This document shows, piece by piece, positions 10,454 to 18,674 of a DNA stretch of 64,000 bases. Made by a program: the position numbers and the translations under genes. The notes beneath the pieces are model-generated. The model was not told the DNA's origin, searched no databases, and worked only from the letters and a program-made list of their open reading frames with translations. The number at the start of each line of letters is the position of its first letter. Position 1 is the stretch's first letter. The DNA is from an uncultured bacterium (lineage in GTDB: Bacteria; Actinomycetota; Actinomycetes; S36-B12; CAIKAW01): NCBI GenBank assembly GCA_903825575.1, contig CAIKAW010000031.1:131469-195468 (forward strand). The letters run 5' to 3'.

Positions 10454-12010
10454 ATGACCAACTTGCTCCACCTTCCGGCCGACGATGTAACCAGGGCTAG
10501 AGCCCTTGCTGCTGAAGCTGGAGCACCAGTGGTTGCCATAGCTCGGGCCCACTCCACAAGTTCGGTTGAACGTGCGGTCCTACGGCTGGCTGGCATTTGC
10601 GGCGCCGACGTCGATGGCACCCCTTGGGTGAACCGGCTGGTAGATGAAGTCGCGGCACAGGTCGGCCTGGAATCCGGCGTTGCTCTTCCGGTGTGGAATG
10701 CACTTGAGCAAAGCGAAGACCTCGTGACATTGGCACAACGGGCCGCAGCTGGGCGAGTCGATTTCGCTCTGCCAACCGGTCCAGCGCGCGAAGTTGCGAT
10801 GGCAAATGCCACCCGGGCGGTCTCGCTGGGACTGGAGCGGATCGATTCTCAGCGGCGCCACCGCGAACTTTTGGTGGCCTCGCTGGCCACGCCTAAGCGA
10901 CCATGGATCTACTTGATCGTTGCAACCGGGAACATTAACGAAGACATTCCGCAAGCCCAAGCCGCGGCACGAGAAGGCGCCGACGTCATCGCTGTCATTC
11001 GATCCACCGGACAATCATTGCTCGACTACGTACCCGAAGGGGCGACCACCGAGGGATACGCGGGCACCTACGCCACCCAAGAGAACTTCAAGCTGATGCG
11101 GGCGGCGCTGGACGAGACGTCTGCCGAACTCGGGCGCTACATCAGATTGACTAACTATGCATCCGGGCTGTGCATGCCTGAAATGGCGACCCTAGCCGGA
11201 CTTGAACGCCTTGACATGATGCTGAACGACTCGATGTACGGAATCCTGTTCCGCGACATCAACCCAATTCGCACGTTCGTCGACCAGCGTTTCTCGCGGC
11301 AGATCCATGCCCGCGCCGGAATCATTATCAACACCGGCGAAGACAACTACCTCACGACGGCCGACCCGATCGAAGCGGCACATACGGTCACGGTGTCGCA
11401 ATTGCTCAATGAGTTCTTCGCGCATGAAGCCGGCCTCGCGGATTGGCAGATCGGCCTGGGACATGCATTCGAAATCAATCCGGATACGCCAAACTCATTC
11501 CAACTTGAACTTGCCCATGCACTACTGGCCCGCGAGCTGTTCCCGGATGCACCATTGAAATGGATGCCCCCAACCAAACACATGACCGGAGACATCTTCC
11601 GCGGGTATCTGCTCGACGGATTCTTCAACTTGGCCGGAATGCTGACGGGGCAAGACATTCTCTTGGTTGGCATGATGACCGAGGCGGTAGTGACGCCGTG
11701 GTTGTCCGATCGTGACCTAGCTCTGCAAAACGTGCAGTATGTGCGCAACGCGGCGGCCGGACTGCGAGATGACTTCCACCCGAGCCGTACCGGGCTAATC
11801 GCGGTTCGCGGCCGTCACGTTCTGGCAGAAGCGATTGGACTTCTAGACCGAATCGCCGACACGGGGTTGCTAAATGCCATTGCTGACGGAACGTTCGGTC
11901 TTATGCACCGACCTGCCAATAAGGGCAAAGGACTGGCTGGGGTTATCACAAAGGACCCCTACTACTTCAATCCAGCCAGCCTCTTGCTCGAAGGCCCGGT
12001 GTCGGCGTGA
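10454..12010 (+). CDS. kamD: Lysine 5,6-aminomutase alpha subunit (KamD)
   Basis: 518 aa counted from the ATG at 10454; the track ORF from 10187 is an upstream extension overlapping kdd. TIM-barrel aminomutase-like sequence. The stop overlaps the kamE start (GTGA). Confidence 0.8.
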   Translation: MTNLLHLPADDVTRARALAAEAGAPVVAIARAHSTSSVERAVLRLAGICGADVDGTPWVNRLVDEVAAQVGLESGVALPVWNALEQSEDLVTLAQRAAAGRVDFALPTGPAREVAMANATRAVSLGLERIDSQRRHRELLVASLATPKRPWIYLIVATGNINEDIPQAQAAAREGADVIAVIRSTGQSLLDYVPEGATTEGYAGTYATQENFKLMRAALDETSAELGRYIRLTNYASGLCMPEMATLAGLERLDMMLNDSMYGILFRDINPIRTFVDQRFSRQIHARAGIIINTGEDNYLTTADPIEAAHTVTVSQLLNEFFAHEAGLADWQIGLGHAFEINPDTPNSFQLELAHALLARELFPDAPLKWMPPTKHMTGDIFRGYLLDGFFNLAGMLTGQDILLVGMMTEAVVTPWLSDRDLALQNVQYVRNAAAGLRDDFHPSRTGLIAVRGRHVLAEAIGLLDRIADTGLLNAIADGTFGLMHRPANKGKGLAGVITKDPYYFNPASLLLEGPVSA

Positions 12011-12789
12011 ACGATCAAATGAACCCCAGCGTGGATGCACCGGTTGTTATCCGACCGTACGGTGACACCACTGGCGATGGCATGGTGCAAGTCTCGTTTA
12101 CGTTGCCGCTGGCGCATGACAAGCGAGCCGAAGGGGCGGCCCTGCAACTAGCCAACAAAATGGGCATCAGCCCTGCCCTCGTCGTTCACGCCAAGGCGAT
12201 GGGACCGGAGTTCACTTTCTTTATCGTCTACGGAACTGTGCATCACCTTGTAGAAGTAGACAAAGTAGTCGTCTTCGAACGCGACTATGAGCTCCTAACA
12301 CCCAAGGATGCCAATGCCGCTGTCAGAGAACAATTGGGCCGTCCACTTGTAACTGTGGGTGCCTGTATTGGATCCGATGCACACACCGTGGGTATTGATG
12401 CGATCTTGAACATAAAGGGTTTTGCCGGCGAAAAAGGCCTGGAGTACTACGGCGAATTCGAAGTCCACAACCTTGGCGCCCAAGTAAGCGTCCCCGAACT
12501 TGTCAACCAAGCCATCGCGTTTCATGCAGATGCGGTGCTCGTTTCTCAAGTAGTCACCCAAAAAGATGCCCACTTGGCTAACGTGCGCGAATTGACCGCA
12601 GCGTTCCGTGAGGCCTATCCACACGGCCGCCGGCCGCTAATCGTGGTTGGGGGACCTCGTTTTGACCCGACTATGGCAGCCGAACTCGGCGTAGATCGCA
12701 TCTTTGGCAAAGGCACAACTCCTGGGGAAGTCGCCTCTTACTTAGTTCATGCAATGGTTAACCAGCAACGAAAGGCAAGCGATGTCTGA
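12007..12789 (+). CDS. kamE: Lysine 5,6-aminomutase beta subunit (KamE), B12-binding
   Basis: OAM-dimerisation-like N-terminus followed by a cobalamin-binding Rossmann domain. The base-off/His-on motif DxHxxG ('SDAHTVG') lies at 12376-12393. Confidence 0.8.
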   Translation: MNDQMNPSVDAPVVIRPYGDTTGDGMVQVSFTLPLAHDKRAEGAALQLANKMGISPALVVHAKAMGPEFTFFIVYGTVHHLVEVDKVVVFERDYELLTPKDANAAVREQLGRPLVTVGACIGSDAHTVGIDAILNIKGFAGEKGLEYYGEFEVHNLGAQVSVPELVNQAIAFHADAVLVSQVVTQKDAHLANVRELTAAFREAYPHGRRPLIVVGGPRFDPTMAAELGVDRIFGKGTTPGEVASYLVHAMVNQQRKASDV

Positions 12790-13168
12790 CATCCGCGAGG
12801 GTCTATCAGTTATTCACCGACGATACGTTCCGTACTCGCATGCCCACTACGGCGGGAATCTTGTCGATGGAGCATACGTGTTAGCCCTGTTCGGCGACGT
12901 CGTAACAGAGTTAGCTATCCGCCTCGACGGTGACGAAGGACTTTTTGCCTCCTACTCAGACGTTTCCTTTGTCGCTCCCGTATACGGCGGCGACATAATC
13001 GAGGTCAGTGCCGTCTGCACACGCATTGGGAACCGATCCCGCACGGTGACGCTCCGAGCAGAAGTTCATTGTCGCGCGACTCCCGCCAACGGACCGTCCG
13101 CCGCAACTGTGTTCTCCGAACCGCTGCTGGTCACCACGGCCATCGGCACCGTAGTAATCCCCGCCTGA
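12782..13168 (+). CDS. kal: Hotdog-fold 3-aminobutyryl-CoA ammonia-lyase-like (Kal)
   Basis: 'HAHYGGNLVDGAYVLALFGDVVTELAIRLDGDEGLF' resembles Kal hotdog proteins. The ATG at 12782 overlaps the kamE stop (ATGTCTGA), suggesting coupled translation. Confidence 0.6.
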   Translation: MSDIREGLSVIHRRYVPYSHAHYGGNLVDGAYVLALFGDVVTELAIRLDGDEGLFASYSDVSFVAPVYGGDIIEVSAVCTRIGNRSRTVTLRAEVHCRATPANGPSAATVFSEPLLVTTAIGTVVIPA

Positions 13169-13215
13169 ACGAGCCGGTCCCGGAGGTAGGGTGCCGGTCC
13201 CGGTAGCGTCCTTCT

Positions 13216-14787
13216 ATGCTGCGGCGCCACGACACCATCGTCACCTTCGGGCTCAGCGCGGCTCTCGGCGTGCTCCTCGGATTCTCATTCCCAACTCCCG
13301 GGTGGTCTTGGCTGGCGATTCCAGCCGTAGCCGGATTGACCTTCCTCGTGCGAACTGGGGGATTGGCGCGCGCCAACCTAGCTGGGTTGGGTTTCGGGGC
13401 AGCCGTGTTCACCTACACCCTGGCGTGGGGCTCAGCCGTGGGTCCGGACGCGTGGCTTGGCCTAAGTTTGTTGTCGACGGCATTCATGCCCATTGCGACT
13501 ACCGGGATTTGGATAACCCGCAAGTTGCCCGGCTGGCCGATCTGGTCCGCCGGGTGTTGGGTCCTCTGTGAAGCATTGCGGTCGCGAATTCCCTTTGGCG
13601 GTTTCTCTTGGTCACGACTGGCCTTCAGCACACCGGGGACCCCGTTGGCCCATACGGCCGCTATCGGGGGAGCGCCCCTTGCGACATTTGCGGTCGCCCT
13701 GTGCGCTGGGTTGCTGGTCCTTGTCATTAGCAGCGCTGCTCACCGCCGATCGCGGACCGCGGTGGCTGCAGCAGTAACGCTCCTGGCCATCGCGCTTGGC
13801 GCTCGGGCAATTCCGCTGCCAATAGCTGGGCAGACCGGTGGGGGAGTGCCGCGAACGATCGTGGCCCTTGTCCAAGGCGATGTAGCCAAACCCGGTCTAG
13901 ATTTTCTTGGACGGCCCGAGCAGGTACTTCAGAATCATGTTCGCGAGACCGTGCGTCTGGCAGCCATGATGAACGCCGGATCGGTCCCGCGACCCGATTT
14001 GGTCATCTGGCCCGAAAATGCCAGCGACTTGGATCCGGGACAAGACCCCTCGGCCGCGGCGCTAATCACTACGGCCGCCCGGGCCTTGGGCCAGCCGATC
14101 TTGGTCGGCGCCGTAGTGCAGGCACCGGGTGATCCCCAGCACCTGCTCAACGTCGGAATCGTTTGGGACCCGCAACGTGGCGCCATCGCTCAATACGCAA
14201 AACAACATCTGGTGCCCTTCGGAGAGTACGTTCCATTTCGATCGCAATTGACCCGGCTCATCAGCCGATTCGCCCGCATCCCACGGGACTTCGCACCTGG
14301 ACATGTGCCAGGGGTTTTGAAGATGGGACAAACGACGCTGGGGGACGTCCTGTGCTTTGAGATTGCCTACGATCAAATCCCCACTGCCGCCGTCCGGGCC
14401 GGAGCCCGGGTGCTGGTGATCCAAACCAACAACGCCACCTATGGACGCACGTCGCAGCCGGCCCAACAACTGGCCATATCTCGCTTAAGGGCCATAGAGC
14501 ATGGACGTGCCGTCGTCATCGCCGCAACCAGTGGGATCACCGCAGTGATCGCTCCAGACGGGAGGATCGCCGAACAGGCCCCAACGTTCGTGCCCGCGGT
14601 CATTGTGCGCTCAATCCCGCTTCGAGACACCTTGACGGTTGCCGACAGACTTCAAGACTGGCCTGAAAGATTGATTTGCTTGTTGACACTGCTAGCCATC
14701 GTTGCCGGGGTCCGACAAGGCAGAATAGGCATCGTTAGCCGCAATTCCGGCAGTTCCGTCAGCGAAAAGGGAGCACCTCGTGTCTGA
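13216..14787 (+). CDS. lnt: Apolipoprotein N-acyltransferase (Lnt)
   Basis: Polytopic N-terminal half plus a C-terminal CN-hydrolase domain ('LVIWPE', 'GDVLCFEIAY'). It overlaps the downstream ppm1, as in actinobacteria. Confidence 0.85.
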   Translation: MLRRHDTIVTFGLSAALGVLLGFSFPTPGWSWLAIPAVAGLTFLVRTGGLARANLAGLGFGAAVFTYTLAWGSAVGPDAWLGLSLLSTAFMPIATTGIWITRKLPGWPIWSAGCWVLCEALRSRIPFGGFSWSRLAFSTPGTPLAHTAAIGGAPLATFAVALCAGLLVLVISSAAHRRSRTAVAAAVTLLAIALGARAIPLPIAGQTGGGVPRTIVALVQGDVAKPGLDFLGRPEQVLQNHVRETVRLAAMMNAGSVPRPDLVIWPENASDLDPGQDPSAAALITTAARALGQPILVGAVVQAPGDPQHLLNVGIVWDPQRGAIAQYAKQHLVPFGEYVPFRSQLTRLISRFARIPRDFAPGHVPGVLKMGQTTLGDVLCFEIAYDQIPTAAVRAGARVLVIQTNNATYGRTSQPAQQLAISRLRAIEHGRAVVIAATSGITAVIAPDGRIAEQAPTFVPAVIVRSIPLRDTLTVADRLQDWPERLICLLTLLAIVAGVRQGRIGIVSRNSGSSVSEKGAPRV

Positions 14788-15532
14788 GATCGGGTCGCGA
14801 ACTGTGGTAATCATTCCGACCTACAACGAGCGCGAGAACTTGGACATCATCGTGGGACGCCTCCGCATGGCGGTACCCACAGCCGACGTACTTATTGCTG
14901 ATGACAACAGTCCAGATGGCACCGGAGACTTGGCCGATGCCTATGCGGCCAAAGATGACCACGTCCACGTCATGCACAGAGCAGGTAAGCAAGGCCTCGG
15001 AGCGGCCTACCTTGCAGGATTTAGCTGGGCGTTGGATCAAGGCTACGACGTCGTCGTCGAAATGGACGCCGATGGTTCACATCAGCCAGAGCAACTGCCC
15101 GCGATGCTTGCTGCCCTAGCCGACGCTGACCTGGTTCTCGGATCCCGATGGGTCGAAGGTGGCGCGGTCGTGAATTGGCCGAAATCTCGACAGTTCTTGT
15201 CTCGCGGCGGTAACACATACACGCGACTGGCACTCGGAATCCCACTTCGTGATGCCACCGGCGGCTTCCGGGCATTCCGCTCCGATACCTTGCGCACCTT
15301 GAATCTTGCCGAAGTTGAATCGCAGGGATACTGCTTCCAAGTCGACCTAGCTTGGCGAGCAGTGCGCGCAGGGCTTCGGGTTGTTGAAGTGGCGATCACT
15401 TTCGTCGAACGCGAACGCGGTGACTCAAAAATGAGTCGACACATTGTTGTTGAAGCATTGTGGAGGGTGACGGTCTGGGGTTTCGAAGATCGAACTAAGT
15501 GGCTACGCGCAGGCCAAAGAAAGTCAGGCTGA
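14780..15532 (+). CDS. ppm1: Polyprenol-phosphate mannosyltransferase (Ppm1/DPM synthase, GT2)
   Basis: 'VVIIPTYNERENL', 'DDNSPDGT' and 'EMDADGSH' are GT2 DPM-synthase signatures. The lnt-ppm1 pairing is conserved in actinobacteria. Confidence 0.85.
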   Translation: MSEIGSRTVVIIPTYNERENLDIIVGRLRMAVPTADVLIADDNSPDGTGDLADAYAAKDDHVHVMHRAGKQGLGAAYLAGFSWALDQGYDVVVEMDADGSHQPEQLPAMLAALADADLVLGSRWVEGGAVVNWPKSRQFLSRGGNTYTRLALGIPLRDATGGFRAFRSDTLRTLNLAEVESQGYCFQVDLAWRAVRAGLRVVEVAITFVERERGDSKMSRHIVVEALWRVTVWGFEDRTKWLRAGQRKSG

Positions 15533-15880
15533 ATTCCGTTTGCTTGGACGTCCAGTAGTTGCCCGCAGCAGACCTAGCCGCTCACTTAACAATTCCTCGA
15601 GATCCTCAAGGCTGCGACGTTCACGCAGCATGTCCCAGTGACTCCGAGCGGGTTTAGCTGCTGTCACCTCGGGAAAGACACCGTCTCGTAGCTCAGCGGC
15701 TGCCCCGCAACGGCATTCCCAGTGCAAGGGGATATCGGCCTCTTCGGAGAACGGCAGGGAGAACGAGTGACCCTTAGGGCAGTCGTAGAACGTCGCCTGA
15801 CGCGGTGCCAATTCCACATGCGCATCAGACTCGTAGCTCGCGGCTCCGAGGCGGGTACCGCGGAGGGCTCCCTGACTCAT
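15524..15880 (-). CDS. rbpA: RNA polymerase-binding protein RbpA
   Basis: 'RGTRLGAASYESD....FYDCPKGHSFSLPFSEEADIPLHWECRCG...HWDMLRERRS..LEELL' is a clear RbpA signature. The ATG at 15880 gives 118 aa; the track ORF is extended upstream. Confidence 0.9.
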   Translation of the reverse strand: MSQGALRGTRLGAASYESDAHVELAPRQATFYDCPKGHSFSLPFSEEADIPLHWECRCGAAAELRDGVFPEVTAAKPARSHWDMLRERRSLEDLEELLSERLGLLRATTGRPSKRNSA

Positions 15881-16001
15881 GATTGCCCCTCTTCCGGGCG
15901 GATCGCGCCCATTGACTATCTGCTCTAACAAGCCAGACGTCCAGAGTGTTCCCCGAGTTCCCCCGAACAACCTTGGAATCGTCTGAGAAACCGATGAGTG
16001 C

Positions 16002-17450
16002 CTAGGCGCTATGACCTGCGTGCGCCTCACGGATAGCGCGCGGAATGTCCACCCGGGCCAGTAGCAAACCTCCCACGATGAAGAAGAAGACCAGCGCCAA
16101 GATGGCGTCTCGGTACGACCCGGTCACCTGATGCACGAGACCGAAGACCAGGGTTCCTAACCACGAGGTCCCACGTTCGCAGGCCTGATACAACGCGAAA
16201 TACTCGGCCGCCCGGCCAGGGGGAATCAACTGGCTAAATAGGGAACGGGACAGGGCCTGGCTTCCTCCGATGACCGTACCGATCAGCAGCGCCAGAACGA
16301 GGAAGGGAATGACCTGACCAACCGGCAGGAAGTACCCGAGGGCGATAACAACAGTCCAAGCCACAAGGGAACCCAAAATGGTTCGCCAAGCCGAGAACCT
16401 CACCGCTAGTCGACCCAAGAAGATCGCGCCTAGAAAAGCGACGAACTGGACGAGAAGAATCGCCTCGATCAAGACATTCTCGCCTAGCCCGAGCTCTTTG
16501 TTCCCGTAAGCGCTGGCCGCCGAAATCACTGTTTGAATGCCGTCGTTGTAGAACAGGTAGGCGAGCAGAAACAACGCCGTCATCGGGTATCCACGCACGT
16601 GCCGCAAGGTGTCACGCAATTGGCCGAAGCTCGATCGCAGCAGTCCGCCGTCCACGCGAACAACATCGGGAATTTCTCGATCCCGAAGGCCGAACCACGG
16701 AACTATGCTCCAACCAGCCCACCAGAGCCCGCTGAGGAACATGCTGACTCGAACTGCGGCGCTTGTGCTCAAACCAAAGCTCGCGTGTCCTTGGACTACA
16801 ACAAGGGCGACCACTAACAGGAGGCCGCCTCCGAGGTAACCACAGGCCCAGGCCCTTGCCGAGACTCGATCACGCTCTTCAGGCAACGAGACATCGATCA
16901 GAATTCCGTTGTACACAACCAAACTCGAGCCCAAGCCGATGTTGGCTACCAAAATGCACACAGAGCCGATAAGCCAATGTCCGCCGGTTGTCAGGAACAA
17001 GCACATGGTTGCCGCGGCACCAAGCCAGGCAAACCCTAAAAGTAAGTCGCGTTTGCGTTTCGTCCGATCTGCGATAGCCCCGACGACCGGAAGAAGGAAG
17101 GCGCTGACCAGCGTTGAAAGGGTGATGACGTAAAAGATCAAGGACCCGGGGGAGACGGGAATGCCGAGGATATCCAGATTGACGTGGCACGGATTGCTCG
17201 TTGTTCCTGGAGTGCCGCACGCGGCGGTCTCTGCCACAGAAATCAAATACGGCGCCGAGAGCACTCCTGCGGTGACCGTCACAAATCCGTGGTCAGCCCA
17301 CTCGTACATGTACCAGAAGCGCTGCTCGCGTCGTCGCTCCTTCTCATCCACCTGAGGTCCAACTAATGCAATAGCCACGGGCGAATGATGGCGCAATCTG
17401 CGCCCGAAAGCACTGTTAATGAGGCTTCGACCCGCTGATGAAGTCGGCAA
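16002..17450 (-). CDS. MFS transporter (UMF1/Atg22-like family)
   Basis: About 12 predicted TM segments and an N-terminus 'FWYMYEWADHGF' typical of UMF1-type MFS. The true start may be the GTG at 17351, which removes the overlap with the upstream gene. Confidence 0.7.
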   Translation of the reverse strand: MPTSSAGRSLINSAFGRRLRHHSPVAIALVGPQVDEKERRREQRFWYMYEWADHGFVTVTAGVLSAPYLISVAETAACGTPGTTSNPCHVNLDILGIPVSPGSLIFYVITLSTLVSAFLLPVVGAIADRTKRKRDLLLGFAWLGAAATMCLFLTTGGHWLIGSVCILVANIGLGSSLVVYNGILIDVSLPEERDRVSARAWACGYLGGGLLLVVALVVVQGHASFGLSTSAAVRVSMFLSGLWWAGWSIVPWFGLRDREIPDVVRVDGGLLRSSFGQLRDTLRHVRGYPMTALFLLAYLFYNDGIQTVISAASAYGNKELGLGENVLIEAILLVQFVAFLGAIFLGRLAVRFSAWRTILGSLVAWTVVIALGYFLPVGQVIPFLVLALLIGTVIGGSQALSRSLFSQLIPPGRAAEYFALYQACERGTSWLGTLVFGLVHQVTGSYRDAILALVFFFIVGGLLLARVDIPRAIREAHAGHSA

Positions 17451-18174
17451 TGACCGCTAGAGCCACGCTCGGGCGATCGGTCATTAGCCCTGCGACCCCC
17501 AATTCTAGGAGCCGTTTCATCTGAGCCGGGTCGTTCACAGTCCACACGTGCACTTGGAGCCGGGCATCGTTGGCCGCAACCATGAAGCGTGGATCGATGA
17601 GCCGCAAACGCCCAACGCGCTCTGGAACTTGGGCAGCGACCACTGATCCAGCACCGGTTTTGTGACGGCCCAAGAACTTCAGCCTTGCGACTTCCCTCGG
17701 GCCTAGCGAGGTGGCAAGTGCCGACCCAAACTCAGCGCGGACGTGATCAAGGCGAGCCGTGCGCATCGAACCTACGCAGATACGAGCGAGGTGGTCCGAG
17801 TTCCTCAGGGCCCTGACAAATGCGGGGACCAGGGCATCAGTTTTCAAGTCGAGATTGATGTAAACGTCGGCAAATTCCTCGAGGAACTCCTCCAAGCGAA
17901 GAACAGGTTCGACCCCTCCAATGCGAGCTCGTGAAATTTGAGCCCAAGTAAGGTCAGCTATTCGCCCGACTGAATCAGTTGTGCGGTCCAGTGTCGGGTC
18001 GTGCGAGATAACACAGACCCCATCGGCACTTACTTGAAGATCCGTCTCTAGACAACGGATCCCAAGGCTGATGGCCTGCCTGAACGCGGAGGCGGCATTC
18101 TCCAGCCCCTCAGCAGCACCCCCACGATGGGCAATCGCGTACGGGGCCGGTAGCGAATAAACCGGATGCCCCAT
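17416..18174 (-). CDS. Glycerophosphodiester phosphodiesterase (GlpQ/UgpQ family)
   Basis: 'IAHRGGA...ENA..AF..A...G....ETDLQVSADG..V..HD' GDPD motif. Length is 252 aa. Confidence 0.8.
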   Translation of the reverse strand: MGHPVYSLPAPYAIAHRGGAAEGLENAASAFRQAISLGIRCLETDLQVSADGVCVISHDPTLDRTTDSVGRIADLTWAQISRARIGGVEPVLRLEEFLEEFADVYINLDLKTDALVPAFVRALRNSDHLARICVGSMRTARLDHVRAEFGSALATSLGPREVARLKFLGRHKTGAGSVVAAQVPERVGRLRLIDPRFMVAANDARLQVHVWTVNDPAQMKRLLELGVAGLMTDRPSVALAVIADFISGSKPH

Positions 18175-18185
18175 CCCGTAAGGCT

Positions 18186-18587
18186 ATGAGACATGGCACA
18201 GTGGCCGCCATGGAATTGCGGGTACTGACAGACCGACTGGCAGTTTGCCGACTGCCGGCGGATTCGCCTTGGCCCGTGCCGCCGGCCGACCGAAGCTTCT
18301 TCGCCGCAGTTCGTACCACCGAAGAGATATCGGTCGTTGTCAGCGAGTCGGCGGTGCCCGAAGGTGCCAAGGTCGAGACCGACTGGCGGGCCCTAGAGGT
18401 CGCTGGCCCGTTGGATTTCGCAATGGTCGGCGTGATGAGTTCGTTGACCGCGCCACTGGCCGACGTTGACGTTTCGGTCTTTGTCGTGTCCACGTACGAC
18501 ACGGACTACATCCTGATCCATGCCGCGGCCCTAGAGCGGGCGATCGCGGCGCTTCGTGGAGTGGGACACGTCGTCCACGCCGGCTAG
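18186..18587 (+). CDS. ACT domain-containing protein (ACT_7/CASTOR-like)
   Basis: 133 aa; 'LAVCRLP...FFAAVRTTEEISVV' and 'GPLDFAMVGVMSSLTAPLA...VSVFVVSTYDTDYIL' resemble tandem small ACT-like modules. Confidence 0.55.
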   Translation: MRHGTVAAMELRVLTDRLAVCRLPADSPWPVPPADRSFFAAVRTTEEISVVVSESAVPEGAKVETDWRALEVAGPLDFAMVGVMSSLTAPLADVDVSVFVVSTYDTDYILIHAAALERAIAALRGVGHVVHAG

Positions 18588-18674
18588 CCGAACGGTTCGC
18601 CCCCTGTCGAGTTAGCCGATAAGGTACATTATGTCAACTTGGCCTTATGAAGGTCAGTCCGACGCCTTCCCCAA

